A stretch of DNA of 64,000 nt. Origin: a bacterium. Lineage in GTDB: Bacteria; Electryoneota; Electryoneia; Electryoneales; Electryoneaceae. The position numbers and the translations under genes were made by a program. Below are positions 28,672 to 38,163 of this stretch, in pieces. The stretch is taken from contig OY769902.1 of NCBI GenBank assembly GCA_963669175.1, forward strand, positions 2,176,001 to 2,240,000, in the 5' to 3' direction. The notes under the pieces are model-generated. The model was not told the DNA's origin and searched no databases. It saw only the letters and a list, made by a program, of their open reading frames with translations. The first letter of the stretch is position 1. Each line of letters opens with the position of its first letter.

Positions 28672-29688
28672 ATGATTCAGCCGGTTCCTCGTTATCCGAC
28701 CGTAAAACAACTGACAAATGCTGCCCTATCAGGCGTCGGTATTGGATTGTCACGTTTGCTGAAGCGCCCGATGCCACTGGGAATGCCCGTGTTGCTGATG
28801 GTGGAGCCGGGGACCGCATGCCAGCTAAAATGCCCGCATTGTCCTACGGGACGTGGCGAGCTGACACGTGCGACCGGACGCCTTACACTCGAAAAATTCT
28901 GCTCGTTCTGGGATACAATTCAGCCTGCCCCGATCATTCTGCAGCTCTGGAACCAGGGCGAACCTTTTACCAATCGTGAAACCCCCGATATCATCCGTCA
29001 TGCCGCCTCTACTGGAACAAAAGTCAAACTTTCCACCAATGTCGAGTTGCTGGCAAATCCACTCCTGGCGGAACGTGTCGTACACTCGGGATTGTATGAG
29101 CTTATCCTGTCCCTGGATGGCACTACCCAGGAAACGCATGTCGCCTATCGTGCCGGGGGCAAGTTCGAGAAGGTGCGTCAAGGTGTTCAGAATGTGGTTG
29201 AGGCGAAAAAACGGCTTGGTGTGCAATATCCCATAATTACCTGGCAATTTATCCTTTTTCGGCATAACCTTCGTGAAATCAAGCGGGCAAAACAGCTCGC
29301 CGCGGAATGGGGATGCGAGCGTATCGTTTTCAAGACCGCCCAGTTGGAGGATTTGCGCCGAGAGGAGGGATTCCGCTGGCTGCCACGGCCTCGCCGGATG
29401 CGTCGCTATGACTATAAAAACGGGCGTTGGGTGCTGCGTCGCCATAAAAACTACTTCTGCAGCCGTATCTTTTCGAGTGCTGTAGTGCAGTGGGATGGGG
29501 AAGTGGTGCCCTGTTGTTTCGACAAGGACGCCGAGTTTGTATTGGGCAATGTGATTGAGGAAGGTTTCCCGGCGGTGTGGAAGAATGCCGCCTGGCAGCA
29601 GTTCCGGAAGGATTGGATTGCAGGCAAACGTCCCCCCATGTGTGACAATTGTACGGAAGGATTAACGGGACTGTATACCAGGTTTTAG
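28672..29688 (+). CDS. Radical SAM/SPASM domain protein
   Basis: CQLKCPHC (CxxxCxxC), GEPF, C-terminal FC..IF...DGEVVPCCFD...GN...CDNC. Confidence 0.93.
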   Translation: MIQPVPRYPTVKQLTNAALSGVGIGLSRLLKRPMPLGMPVLLMVEPGTACQLKCPHCPTGRGELTRATGRLTLEKFCSFWDTIQPAPIILQLWNQGEPFTNRETPDIIRHAASTGTKVKLSTNVELLANPLLAERVVHSGLYELILSLDGTTQETHVAYRAGGKFEKVRQGVQNVVEAKKRLGVQYPIITWQFILFRHNLREIKRAKQLAAEWGCERIVFKTAQLEDLRREEGFRWLPRPRRMRRYDYKNGRWVLRRHKNYFCSRIFSSAVVQWDGEVVPCCFDKDAEFVLGNVIEEGFPAVWKNAAWQQFRKDWIAGKRPPMCDNCTEGLTGLYTRF

Positions 29689-29832
29689 TGGATCAATACT
29701 GACCTGTGGAGTAAATGATTTAAGACAAGATGTCTTGCTCGCTATCGTGTGGCCCGGCGTGCTTGCTGCTGCCTCTTACCCAGTTCTTTTGAAAGCTTTA
29801 TCAGCAAAAGGATTGTGGACATCGCATTTTTA

Positions 29833-30134
29833 GAATCCCGGCGGGATTCCCTATTTTAGCATAGTGTACAGGCCGTCTGTTTGGCCTGTACACTATGTCA
29901 GGATTTCTAACGAACAATCAACCCTGGAAGGGTTGCATAATGAGCAGTCAATATTGGTTCATTCAATAATTACAGGCAATAACGTAATTTATATTCTTTA
30001 TAAATTAATTGGGTATGCATTATACTTTATGCAACCCTTTCAGGGTTGAGATGAGGTTTGATCTTTTTCGTAGGGTAGGCGCTAAACAGACAGCGCCTAC
30101 CCTACGCTAAAATATTCCACCCCCTCGGGGGTGG
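29833..30134. repeat. Symmetric REPIN-like array of hairpins
   Basis: Perfect 15-bp inverted repeats 29860-74/29883-97 and 30069-83/30092-106. caaccct..agggttg at 29919 and 30032. Terminal palindromes at 29833 and 30117. Confidence 0.75.
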
Positions 30135-30849
30135 CAGAAACACGAAGATTTGAGTAAGAGACAGGTGCTGGCACCCGGGCGGTAGTGCTCCATCAACACA
30201 TAAGTAACTTGCCCTTGCGATTAGTCCAGAGTTCCAATCAGGAGAAAGATATTTTAGAGCCACACAAAGTCAATAACGATTTGGATGGATCTCAGCTGCT
30301 CACATTTCTTGCATTCGCAATGCCCGGGTGCAAGCACGCCGGGCCACACGGTTTCGTTTTTCAGGGAAGTAAATGGATACCCTTCAGTGAAATGGTGTTT
30401 CTTCAAGTAGAACATACTGCTGATTTGAAGAGTGTCAGTTTGGAGATAATCCACAGGTTTGCATTACATCGTGAGCGCAAGCTTGGTCCTCAAATGAAAC
30501 AATCATGCCGGATTTACTCTCAACAAGAAGCAGCCCTCCTGTCAAACTGTTGATTCCTCGTGCCTGACAGGTTTTCACTGGCTCCTGTGCTCTCCTGCTA
30601 ATACGTGGAAAAACAAGCACGAACCTTCATCACGAGAGCTTTTCAGAGCGGTATGATAAACTTCTTGGTTTTTTCTTCTACTCTTGCGCGTGAGCTTTCA
30701 ACCTCTTAACTTTCTATCGGTTGATAAGGGAGTGTCACGTAGTACACTGCGAAGTTGGGTAAGAAACGCCAGTTGCGGCAACTTGGGGAGGACGCGCAAA
30801 GGAGGAAGGGTAAAAACAGCGCGTCGAACCCGCAACCTGTGAAGTGAGG

Positions 30850-32223
30850 ATGACCACAACAACCCTGCATCATGTTGCAAACGACATGTGGGATCGGCTG
30901 GAACTGAACCAGGTACAACGCTTGGCGCTGGTCCTTGCCGCGGGGGTCGGTGTCCTCCTTATTCTCTTCCCGCCATTCTGCAAACCCAGCGGTCCGGACC
31001 TCATTTTTACCGGCTTTTATCCCATTTTTGAGTGGATGGGACGTACCTCACCGGACGGTGTCATCCATTTCCGTCTGCTCTCCTTCATGATTGTCGAAAC
31101 GATCATGGTGACTGCTGCGCTGGTGATGGCGACAGGCAACAACGCGCTGGCCGCCCATCGTGTGTTTATCAATAAGGGCAAACGTGCTGCGACTAAATGC
31201 CCGGCTTGTGGGCTGGATCGTCACGGGCTGGAGAAATATTGCGCTTGCGGATATGAGTTTGAAGTAACCACCGATGATGATGAGACCCCGACGTGGGTGT
31301 CAAAGAAGATGCACGAGCCGGAATTGCCGACCTTGCCCGGAACAGTATCGCTGGACATTAATGAACCGGTCAAGAAAGCCAAACGGCCCAGGGTGAACAG
31401 GCGTCGGGTTGAAGAAATGCCGGTTGTGGCGGAAAAATCCGATGCAGTTGCGGCTGATCCGTCAGGTACAACGGAAGAACAGCCCCTGCTGGTAGCCCCG
31501 GAACTGGCGGAATACCTGCGCAAGTTCGAGGAAATCGACTTGCAGGATGTGCTGCCTTATCACTTGAAGCGTGAATACGACGATATCCTGCCTGATCCGG
31601 CACAGCTCAGTTTTGCGGTTTCGATGCCGTCCGAATCCGATCCGAACCAGCTCGAGCTGGAGATCGAAGCGGAACGTCGTCAGCGTCCCAGGATCGAACA
31701 GCCGCTGGAAACCCCGCCGCAGAGTACCTTCAAACTGGCCGATGAAGACCGTAAGATTCTCTTGCGCGTTGCACGGCTAAGGGCAGACAAGCACAACCGT
31801 ACCGCTGAAGAGCTGCTGCGTAACACGCTGGAAATCCGCATCCGTGAACAGGGACGCAAGCATCCGGTGATAGCGACGTACCTGACCCACTGGGCGGATA
31901 TTGTGCAGGAACGTGGTGATATCGCCATGGCGGAAGATATGTACCAGCGCGCGCTGGATATTCTGCAGAACTATCTCGATGAACGTGATCCCCAGGCGCT
32001 GCCTTCCATCATGGGCTATGCGACCCTGCTTCGCAAGATGGAACGTGATGAAGCGGCTGTGGCCTTTGAAGAACTGGCCAGCAGTATCCGTACCGATCTG
32101 CCGGAAATTATCCGTAACCGTGACCTCACCAACAAGCTGATCCCCATCCAGGTATGGCTGTCCGATGGTGAAGCCATCCCCGAAGAAGCGCTCTTCGAAG
32201 ACGATGCCGCGATGTTGAACTGA
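30850..32223 (+). CDS. Membrane protein with zinc-ribbon motif and C-terminal TPR repeats
   Basis: Two TM helices, CPACG..YCACG, acidic linker, AEELLRNTLEIR..GRKHPVIAT / AEDMYQRALDI TPR pattern. Confidence 0.75.
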   Translation: MTTTTLHHVANDMWDRLELNQVQRLALVLAAGVGVLLILFPPFCKPSGPDLIFTGFYPIFEWMGRTSPDGVIHFRLLSFMIVETIMVTAALVMATGNNALAAHRVFINKGKRAATKCPACGLDRHGLEKYCACGYEFEVTTDDDETPTWVSKKMHEPELPTLPGTVSLDINEPVKKAKRPRVNRRRVEEMPVVAEKSDAVAADPSGTTEEQPLLVAPELAEYLRKFEEIDLQDVLPYHLKREYDDILPDPAQLSFAVSMPSESDPNQLELEIEAERRQRPRIEQPLETPPQSTFKLADEDRKILLRVARLRADKHNRTAEELLRNTLEIRIREQGRKHPVIATYLTHWADIVQERGDIAMAEDMYQRALDILQNYLDERDPQALPSIMGYATLLRKMERDEAAVAFEELASSIRTDLPEIIRNRDLTNKLIPIQVWLSDGEAIPEEALFEDDAAMLN

Positions 32224-32296
32224 GTTTTCTGACTCACCGTTTTTACTCACAGGATAGTAAGATACAAGGATAAAGCAGGATAACTATGTCTGAATG

Positions 32297-33002
32297 ATTC
32301 ACAGGATGGACAGGATGGGGAAGGATACTCAGGATGAAAAGAATGATGTTAAAAGACAATTATTTAGGGGATTTGGAAAGACTGTTCTATTATGTCATCC
32401 CCGGCTTGAACGGGGATCTCGCTTGTGGAATATTCACAGGATGGACAGGATGGGGAAGGATACTCAGGATGAAAAGAATGATGTTAAAAGACAATTATTT
32501 AGGGGATTTGGAAAGACTGTTCTATTATGTCATCCCCGGCTTGAACGGGGATCTCGCTTGTGGAATATTCACAGGATGGACAGGATGGGGAAGGATACTC
32601 AGGATGAAAAGAATGATGTTAAAAGACAATTATTTAGGGGATTTGGAAAGACTGTTCTATTATGTCATCCCCGGCTTGAACGGGGATCTCGCTTGTGGAA
32701 TATTCACAGGATGGACAGGATGGGGAAGGATACTCAGGATGAAAAGAATGATGTTAAAAGACAATTATTTAGGGGATTTGGAAAGACTGTTCTATTATGT
32801 CATCCCCGGCTTGAACGGGGATCTCGCTTGTAGAATATTCACAGGATGGACAGGATGGGGAAGGATACTCAGGATGAAAAGAATGATGTTAAAAGACAAT
32901 TATTTAGGGGATTTGGAAAGACTGTTCTATTATGTCATCCCCGGCTTGAACGGGGATCTCGCTTGTGGAATATTCACAGGATGGACAGGATGGGGAAGGA
33001 TA
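32297..33002 (+). repeat. Tandem array: five 135-bp units plus a 31-bp partial unit
   Basis: Units start at 32297, 32432, 32567, 32702, 32837 and 32972. I see a single G>A difference, at 32832. Confidence 0.97.
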
Positions 33003-33291
33003 ATCAGAATGAAAGAATGATGAAGGATGAGAAGAATAATGGATGGATACAAGATTACTTCACAGGAATGGGGCATTCATTGTTGATAATAGTGCCAAGA
33101 CTGATCTGCCTGTTACACCAAAGCTCAATGGATTTGCGTGGTCTTTCTCTTCTTACTGTTCCTTACTTCTACAACAAAAGGGATATTGGCATCATCCCAT
33201 TATCCCAAAAAAACACATCTTTTATCCTTGAAATCCTTCTATCCTATCATCCTGTGAGTCCCGTCCTGTGAAGCCCATCCTGTAAGTCCCG

Positions 33292-34287
33292 TCAGAATCC
33301 CACCGCATCACGTACCAGTTGCATGGTTTCGTTGGCCAGTTCGTTGGCACGTTTGGCGCCCTGGTTCAGTACATCGCGCACGAAATCCGGATCGGCTGCG
33401 AGTTGCTTGCGTTTCTCACGATAAGGCCCAAAGTAGTCGTTGAGCTTACCCAGCAGTTCTTTTTTGGCGTGGCCGTAGCCGTAATTCCCGGCGCGATATT
33501 TCTCCGCCATCTCCTTCACTTCATCGTCCGTGGCGAACAGTTTGTACAGGTTATAAACGATGCACTTTTCCGGTTCCTTGGGTTCTTCCAATGGGGTGGA
33601 ATCGGTCTGGATCGCCATGACGGTTTTTTTCAGCGCTTTGCCTTCCTGGAAGATCTCGATGGTGTTGTTGTAGCTTTTCGACATCTTCATGAAACTGCCG
33701 TCTTCTTCCTTGCTGGTTCCGATCACCTTGGCGGACTTGTTGAAGCGTGCGTCCGGGAGGGGGAAGACTTCCGTCTGGAAGGTCTCATTGAAATAGGTCG
33801 CCATGTCACGTGTCATCTCAAGATGCTGTTGCTGGTCTTTGCCGACCGGGACGACATGGGAACGGTAGATCAGGATATCGGACGCCATGAGCACCGGGTA
33901 GAAATAGAGCCCGGCGTTGGGAGTGATTCCCTTTGCGGTCTTGTCTTTGTATGACGTGGCACGATCCAGCAGTCCTTTGCCCGTAACGCAGGAGAGAATC
34001 CAGGTCAGCTCGGTTACCTGGGGCACATCGGTTTGCAGGAACAAGGTGGCCTTTTCCGGTTCGAGACCCAATGCCAGCAGGTCGAGGACGGCGTTCCAGG
34101 CCAGCTCACGCATGCGTTCACGTTCCTGAATGGTCGTCAGCGCGTGGTAATTGGCGATGAAGTAGAGGGCGTCGCCTTCGTGTTGCAATTCGATGTACTG
34201 CTTGATCGCGCCGAAATAGTTTCCGATATGCAGGGTGCCCGATGACTGAATGCCGGACAGAATGCGTTTGGGTTGCTGGTCGCTCAT
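33292..34287 (-). CDS. trpS: Tryptophan--tRNA ligase
   Basis: LSGIQSSGTLHIGNYFGA, YPVLMASDIL, VPVGKDQQQHLE, KMSKS. Confidence 0.98.
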   Translation of the reverse strand: MSDQQPKRILSGIQSSGTLHIGNYFGAIKQYIELQHEGDALYFIANYHALTTIQERERMRELAWNAVLDLLALGLEPEKATLFLQTDVPQVTELTWILSCVTGKGLLDRATSYKDKTAKGITPNAGLYFYPVLMASDILIYRSHVVPVGKDQQQHLEMTRDMATYFNETFQTEVFPLPDARFNKSAKVIGTSKEEDGSFMKMSKSYNNTIEIFQEGKALKKTVMAIQTDSTPLEEPKEPEKCIVYNLYKLFATDDEVKEMAEKYRAGNYGYGHAKKELLGKLNDYFGPYREKRKQLAADPDFVRDVLNQGAKRANELANETMQLVRDAVGF

Positions 34288-34335
34288 GCTGTGTAACTCT
34301 TTTCGTTTACAATGACATCTTCATCCCCGAACTAT

Positions 34336-34378
34336 GTCATCCCCGAAGCAGCGTTTGTTTGCTGCTATCGGGGATCTC
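34336..34378. repeat. GTCATCCC...GGGATCTC REP-like palindrome
   Basis: gtcatccccga-agcagc..gctgct-atcggggatctc. Confidence 0.7.
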
Positions 34379-34437
34379 GAGGATACGTAATCAAAATACA
34401 ACAACAGGTTCAAATTCACCTGCACCGTGACACTACA

Positions 34438-34971
34438 TCATTCTTCTGCCGGATGCAACCCCCAGTACCGGCCATCCAGGTATACGAGCTGCTCCTTGGA
34501 CAAGGGATTCGCACGCCCGGAGCGTTTGATAAAACGCTCTTCCGTATGCATGCCGACCACTTCAGCGATAAAAATGCGATGTGTGCCGAGTTCATAGTCC
34601 TGTTTCACTTTGCAGGCCAGGTTCAGGAAGCACTCCTTCGCCATGGGGGCATGTTCCAGGGGGGGACAGGGAACAGGAGTCCAGCCAAGAGTGTCGAACT
34701 TCTGTATGTCTTTGCCCGATTCGCTGCCGCATAGCTTCACCGCTTCCAGGTCGTCAATACGGGGAAGATTCACCGAGAATTCACCCGTTTCCATGATAAG
34801 TGGATAACTGAATCGTTCCGGGCGAATCGAAACACTGACCATCGGCGGTTCGCTGCAAACCGTGCCGAACCAGGAACAGGTTATCAGGTTCGGTTTTTCA
34901 ACAGTCCCACTCCCAATCAACACCACCGGTGCGGGGAAAGTGTGTACGTATGGGTCAACGTAAACTTTCAT
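34438..34971 (-). CDS. Flavin reductase (flavoredoxin-like) family protein
   Basis: PAPVVLI, NLITCSW, PPMVSVSIRPERFS, GEFSVNLP, CGSESG, LGTHRIFIAEV. Confidence 0.92.
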   Translation of the reverse strand: MKVYVDPYVHTFPAPVVLIGSGTVEKPNLITCSWFGTVCSEPPMVSVSIRPERFSYPLIMETGEFSVNLPRIDDLEAVKLCGSESGKDIQKFDTLGWTPVPCPPLEHAPMAKECFLNLACKVKQDYELGTHRIFIAEVVGMHTEERFIKRSGRANPLSKEQLVYLDGRYWGLHPAEE

Positions 34972-35008
34972 GCTTGCCTCCTGTAAGCGAACTTCCTAAT
35001 ATAAGACT

Positions 35009-35443
35009 ATGCACAAGCTGATACGCTTTCACCCGGCCCATGATCTATCCCCGGAGCAACTCATTGTTGCACGTCTGCAACTGATTCTGATTACGACTGC
35101 ACTCGGTATCGTGGAAGCCCTGCTGGTATTTTTCGGTGACTCACTTATCCTTCTGGTTCCGCCTTGTCCCTTTCATGCGTTGACCGGGCTGAAGTGTCCG
35201 TTCTGCGGGGCAACCACCGGATTGCTGGCGTTGTTGTCCGGTGATGTGATCGGGATGATAAAGGCGAATGTTCTGTATGTCGTCGCATTGCCGATATTCC
35301 TGTATTGGTTGGTGGGGCGAGTCTGGATGGTTCTGAGGAGACGCGCGATTCCTGCAATAGCCTTGACCAAATCCGGTTGGATTCTAACAAGTATTTTCCT
35401 TGTTGGGTTTATGGCTGGACGGAATATCAGCCTGTTCATGTAA
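35009..35443 (+). CDS. DUF2752 family membrane protein
   Basis: PCPFHALTGLKCPFCGAT motif with TM helices. Confidence 0.88.
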   Translation: MHKLIRFHPAHDLSPEQLIVARLQLILITTALGIVEALLVFFGDSLILLVPPCPFHALTGLKCPFCGATTGLLALLSGDVIGMIKANVLYVVALPIFLYWLVGRVWMVLRRRAIPAIALTKSGWILTSIFLVGFMAGRNISLFM

Positions 35444-35554
35444 TTATCAAAGAAAATTGGCCTTCCTGGTTTGCATCCAGCCTTATACCTGCTAACTTTC
35501 CTGTGTCATTATTTGCTTTCAATCGATTGATATCACGATACAAGCGAGCCGGCC

Positions 35555-38031
35555 ATGCGTTCTGTCAAAGTCGCAGTGTGGTGTCTTGTTCTATCCTTTT
35601 GCTATACGTTTTCTCATGCCCTCGAACCATCCAATCTCGAAGGAATCTGGCAAGGAACCTTCCCTGCCTCGCCGGTAGATGTCAATCTCTACTGGCGAAT
35701 TACCTGTATTGAGGATAATTCTGTCGTCGTCTGGTATGATTCTCCGTTCTACGGGATAAAGGATGTTCCTGTGCCGGTGGTAGAAGTGACTGAAGACAGC
35801 CTGGTAATGAGTGTTGGCCTGTTTCCCTCGGAGTTTCGTGGCGGATTCGGATTCGAAGATAATGTGATTCGTGGAAGCTATAAGGGGGAAGGCCCATCAG
35901 TGCCTTTTGCAATCGTACGCATCAGCGCGAATCCGGAAACATTACTCCCTTATATGCGGCCGCGATTATCCGAATCCGGTGAAGCGGAGTTGAAATACAA
36001 TTACCTCATCCCCGAGCAGGTAGAAGGAGGTTGGCCGGTCGCCAGCGCGGAGGAGGTTGGCCTGGACAGCGACTTGCTGGAGCAGTTTACACAGCAGGCG
36101 CTGGCTGAGAAGTATCCCAACCTGCACAGCCTGCTGATCGTGAAAGACGGCAAGCTGGTATACGAGGAATATTTCTACGGTCATGACCGGAACATCCCGC
36201 ACCATATCTATTCCAACGGCAAGGGCATCACCAGCCTGGCAATCGGGATGGCAATTGAACAGGGCTATATCGAAAGTGTGGATGCGCCGATTGTATCCTT
36301 TTTCTCCGATTACGAAGCGTTGTTCGATGTTCCCGGCAAACGGCAGCAAACCCTGTATCATTACCTGTCTATGACCTCCGGGCTCGAGTGGGACGAGACC
36401 TCAACATCCTATTACGATCCACGCAACACCAATCGTCAGATGCAGTCCAGCCCGGATTATTACGAGTTCATTTTCAGCCGTCCCCTGGTGGATCGCCCCG
36501 GAACGAAATTCACCTACAATTCCGGTCTGCCGAATGTGTTAAACGCTGTGTTGTGGATAAAAACAGAGACGCCGCCCTGGGAATACATCGAAGCCAACAT
36601 CTTCCGTCCACTCGGGTTTGAGTACTATGCCTGGGATACCACGCCCGGTGGGAACCTGGGCGGCATATTCCTGCGGCCACGAGATTTTTTGAAGTTGGGC
36701 CAGCTTTACATGGATCGTGGAAACTGGGATGGGGAACAAATCATATCCCCGAAGTGGTTTGACAACTGCTATAAGCCAGGCAGGTTGTGCGAAGGGCCGG
36801 AGTACTGGAATCACTGGGGCAGAGAAGTCATGTTTGTCGATGGTGTCCCAGTGGTTGAGTACAGCGGGGGTGGTTTTGGCGGACAGGGGATTCATGCTGT
36901 TCCGGAGTACAACCTCGTCGTCGCCATGAATGCCGGGAACTACTTCACCCCCTCAGTAGATCAAGACCAGATTTTGACCACCTACATCCTGCCGCCACTG
37001 GTTGAAGCGTCAAAACCCTCACCTGATTACGAATACACGGGCGACAGCACATTTACCGGTATCACAGGGCTTCAGTATCACGACACCATGATTGCCGGAC
37101 TGGGAGCGCTATGGGGCGCTATGGAATACCTGGGCAAGGATGTCAGCGAAGCGTGGGTGTATGGCATCACCGGAACCGCGTTCATCCTCAACGCCAATCC
37201 ATCCATCTATCCCAATTGCCTGGGACGGTGGGCGAATACCCGGTATGGGGAAATGCTGGAGAAGGCTGGAATCGACGGAAATATGTACGCCGCTTACTAC
37301 CGTCAACTGGATTTCGAAGAGACCCGGAAAACCGCCTGGGACTCGGTGCGGGCTGCGCTGGATCGAGGCTGCCCGGTCACCGGCTTCCATATGAATATTC
37401 CCGAGATGTACGTGATCTATGGCTATGACCGGTATGGCTACTATTTCAAGGGATCAGAATGTCCGACCGGGTATGGTCCGCGTTGTTGGAACACGATTGC
37501 CGACAATGAACCAGGCTGGTTTGAGATGCAGACACTTTGGGCATGTGAAGAGGTTTCGAGTCAGGAGTTGGTGTTAGCTGCTCTTTCATATGCCGTTGAA
37601 TTGAATTCTTCTCCTGAAAATCACCAGCATCGTGGTTATACCTTTGGGCCGGGTGCGTATGATGTCTGGCAGGAACGCTCAAGGGCACGGACGCCGACTG
37701 GTTCGGGGTGGCGTATACCGCTGCAGGGTGGGCCACATGTCGGCAGAAAGCGGCGGATTTCCTTTTGGAAGCACGTGCGGTTTTGCCAGCAGATTATTGT
37801 GATGGGTTGGTCGAAGCCGAAACCTGTTATCGGACAGTCGCGGATTGCTGGCAGCAAGTCAGCGAATTATTCCCCTTTGAGGGTACGGAACGCTGGCAGA
37901 AAATCGAGAACTGGGAAAATGAAGAGAACAGGAAGCACGCATCGGAATTATTGCAACAAGCTGCACAAGCGGAAGCGAAGGGGTTGGTAGCGATAACCAC
38001 TGTGTTAGCTTCCTGTAAAACCGGAAAATAG
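35555..38031 (+). pseudogene. Secreted serine hydrolase (beta-lactamase class C-like) fused to a C-terminal domain; frameshift near 37676
   Basis: SLLIVKDGKLVYEEYF, SxxK (SNGK), LSMTSG, FTYNS, GFGGQ. Protein-like sequence continues in another frame (LKGTDADWFGVAYTAAGWATCRQKAADFL) to the stop at 38031. Confidence 0.8.
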
Positions 38032-38052
38032 ATCTATCCATATCAGAAATAC

Positions 38053-38070
38053 TGGTGAAAGCATTCACAA
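38053..38070. promoter_or_regulatory. Rex/CRP-like operator TGGTGAA-AGCA-TTCACAA
   Basis: Same palindrome as 18942 and 56939. Lies upstream of the OPT gene. Confidence 0.7.
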
Positions 38071-38087
38071 TCTGCCTCCACGTTTTC

Positions 38088-38116
38088 TTGCACCTGTTTG
38101 CCGCGCCGTGTACTTT
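38088..38116 (+). promoter_or_regulatory. Predicted sigma70 promoter
   Basis: TTGCAC-N17-TACTTT. Confidence 0.45.
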
Positions 38117-38163
38117 GCTAACCTCCTGCGAGGTGCAGGCAAGGTTCATAGACGAGGTAGCTC

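Noticed and set aside
28672-29688. Radical SAM/SPASM gene as a RiPP maturase
   Set aside because: No precursor peptide, RRE domain or transporter is adjacent.
30185-30620. Short ORFs, or a TGA-readthrough gene on the minus strand
   Set aside because: Several stops, no recognisable motifs, and the region contains REP-like repeats.
32297-33002. CRISPR array
   Set aside because: Units are identical over the full 135 bp, there are no unique spacers, and no cas genes are in the window.
32294-33271. Repeat-encoded ORFs of 179, 228 and 141 aa
   Set aside because: They follow from the 45-codon period. Two overlapping frames are open, one is broken by the sole substitution, and neither resembles a known protein.
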